Shown here piece by piece: positions 36,446-36,460 of a DNA stretch of 36,460 nt. A program made the translations under genes and the position numbers. Location of the stretch: contig FLMG01002560.1 in assembly GCA_900088475.1 (NCBI GenBank), positions 1 through 36,460 of the forward strand. The letters are read 5' to 3'. The DNA is from Hyphochytrium catenoides (Eukaryota > Protista > Hyphochytriomycota). The notes below the pieces were generated by a model. That model made no database searches and was not told the DNA's origin. It was given only the letters and a program-made list of their open reading frames with translations. Numbering within the stretch: the first letter of the stretch is position 1; every line of letters begins with the position of its first letter.

Positions 36446-36460
36446 GTCATCTCCTTGTAA

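Overview
Eukaryotic nuclear DNA: GT-AG introns, several N gaps, and a probable microalgal/stramenopile origin (inference only). Positions 1-24.5 kb are gene-dense, and up to about 21 kb nearly every intron carries (CT)n/(GA)n microsatellite. I spliced eight genes there by hand, in alternating orientation: a DUF2431/BMT5-like rRNA methyltransferase fused to C2H2 fingers (+), ATG3 (-), a conserved uncharacterised protein with an 'LFTDDSF' motif (+), an LRR protein with an LRRcap (-), a DIM1-family rRNA dimethyltransferase with an N-terminal extension (+), mitochondrial ribosomal protein L46 (-), a BART-domain protein (+) and a helical hypothetical protein (-). Positions 24.5-36.5 kb are gene-poor. 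They contain a signal-peptide-bearing, PLAT-less lipoxygenase with a reading-frame break, a compact predicted RNA/ssDNA three-way junction, an intronless ORF with four C-x4-C-x10/11-C-x2-H repeats preceded by short direct repeats, and a G-rich degenerate repeat end with TTAGGG-like units (possible subtelomere). Most ORFs in the six-frame track are microsatellite artefacts. No CRISPR array, tRNA, rRNA or intact transposase was seen. No clearly novel multi-gene system can be shown from the sequence alone. The lipoxygenase, the structured element near 31.1 kb and the spliced ATG3 leader are the best leads.
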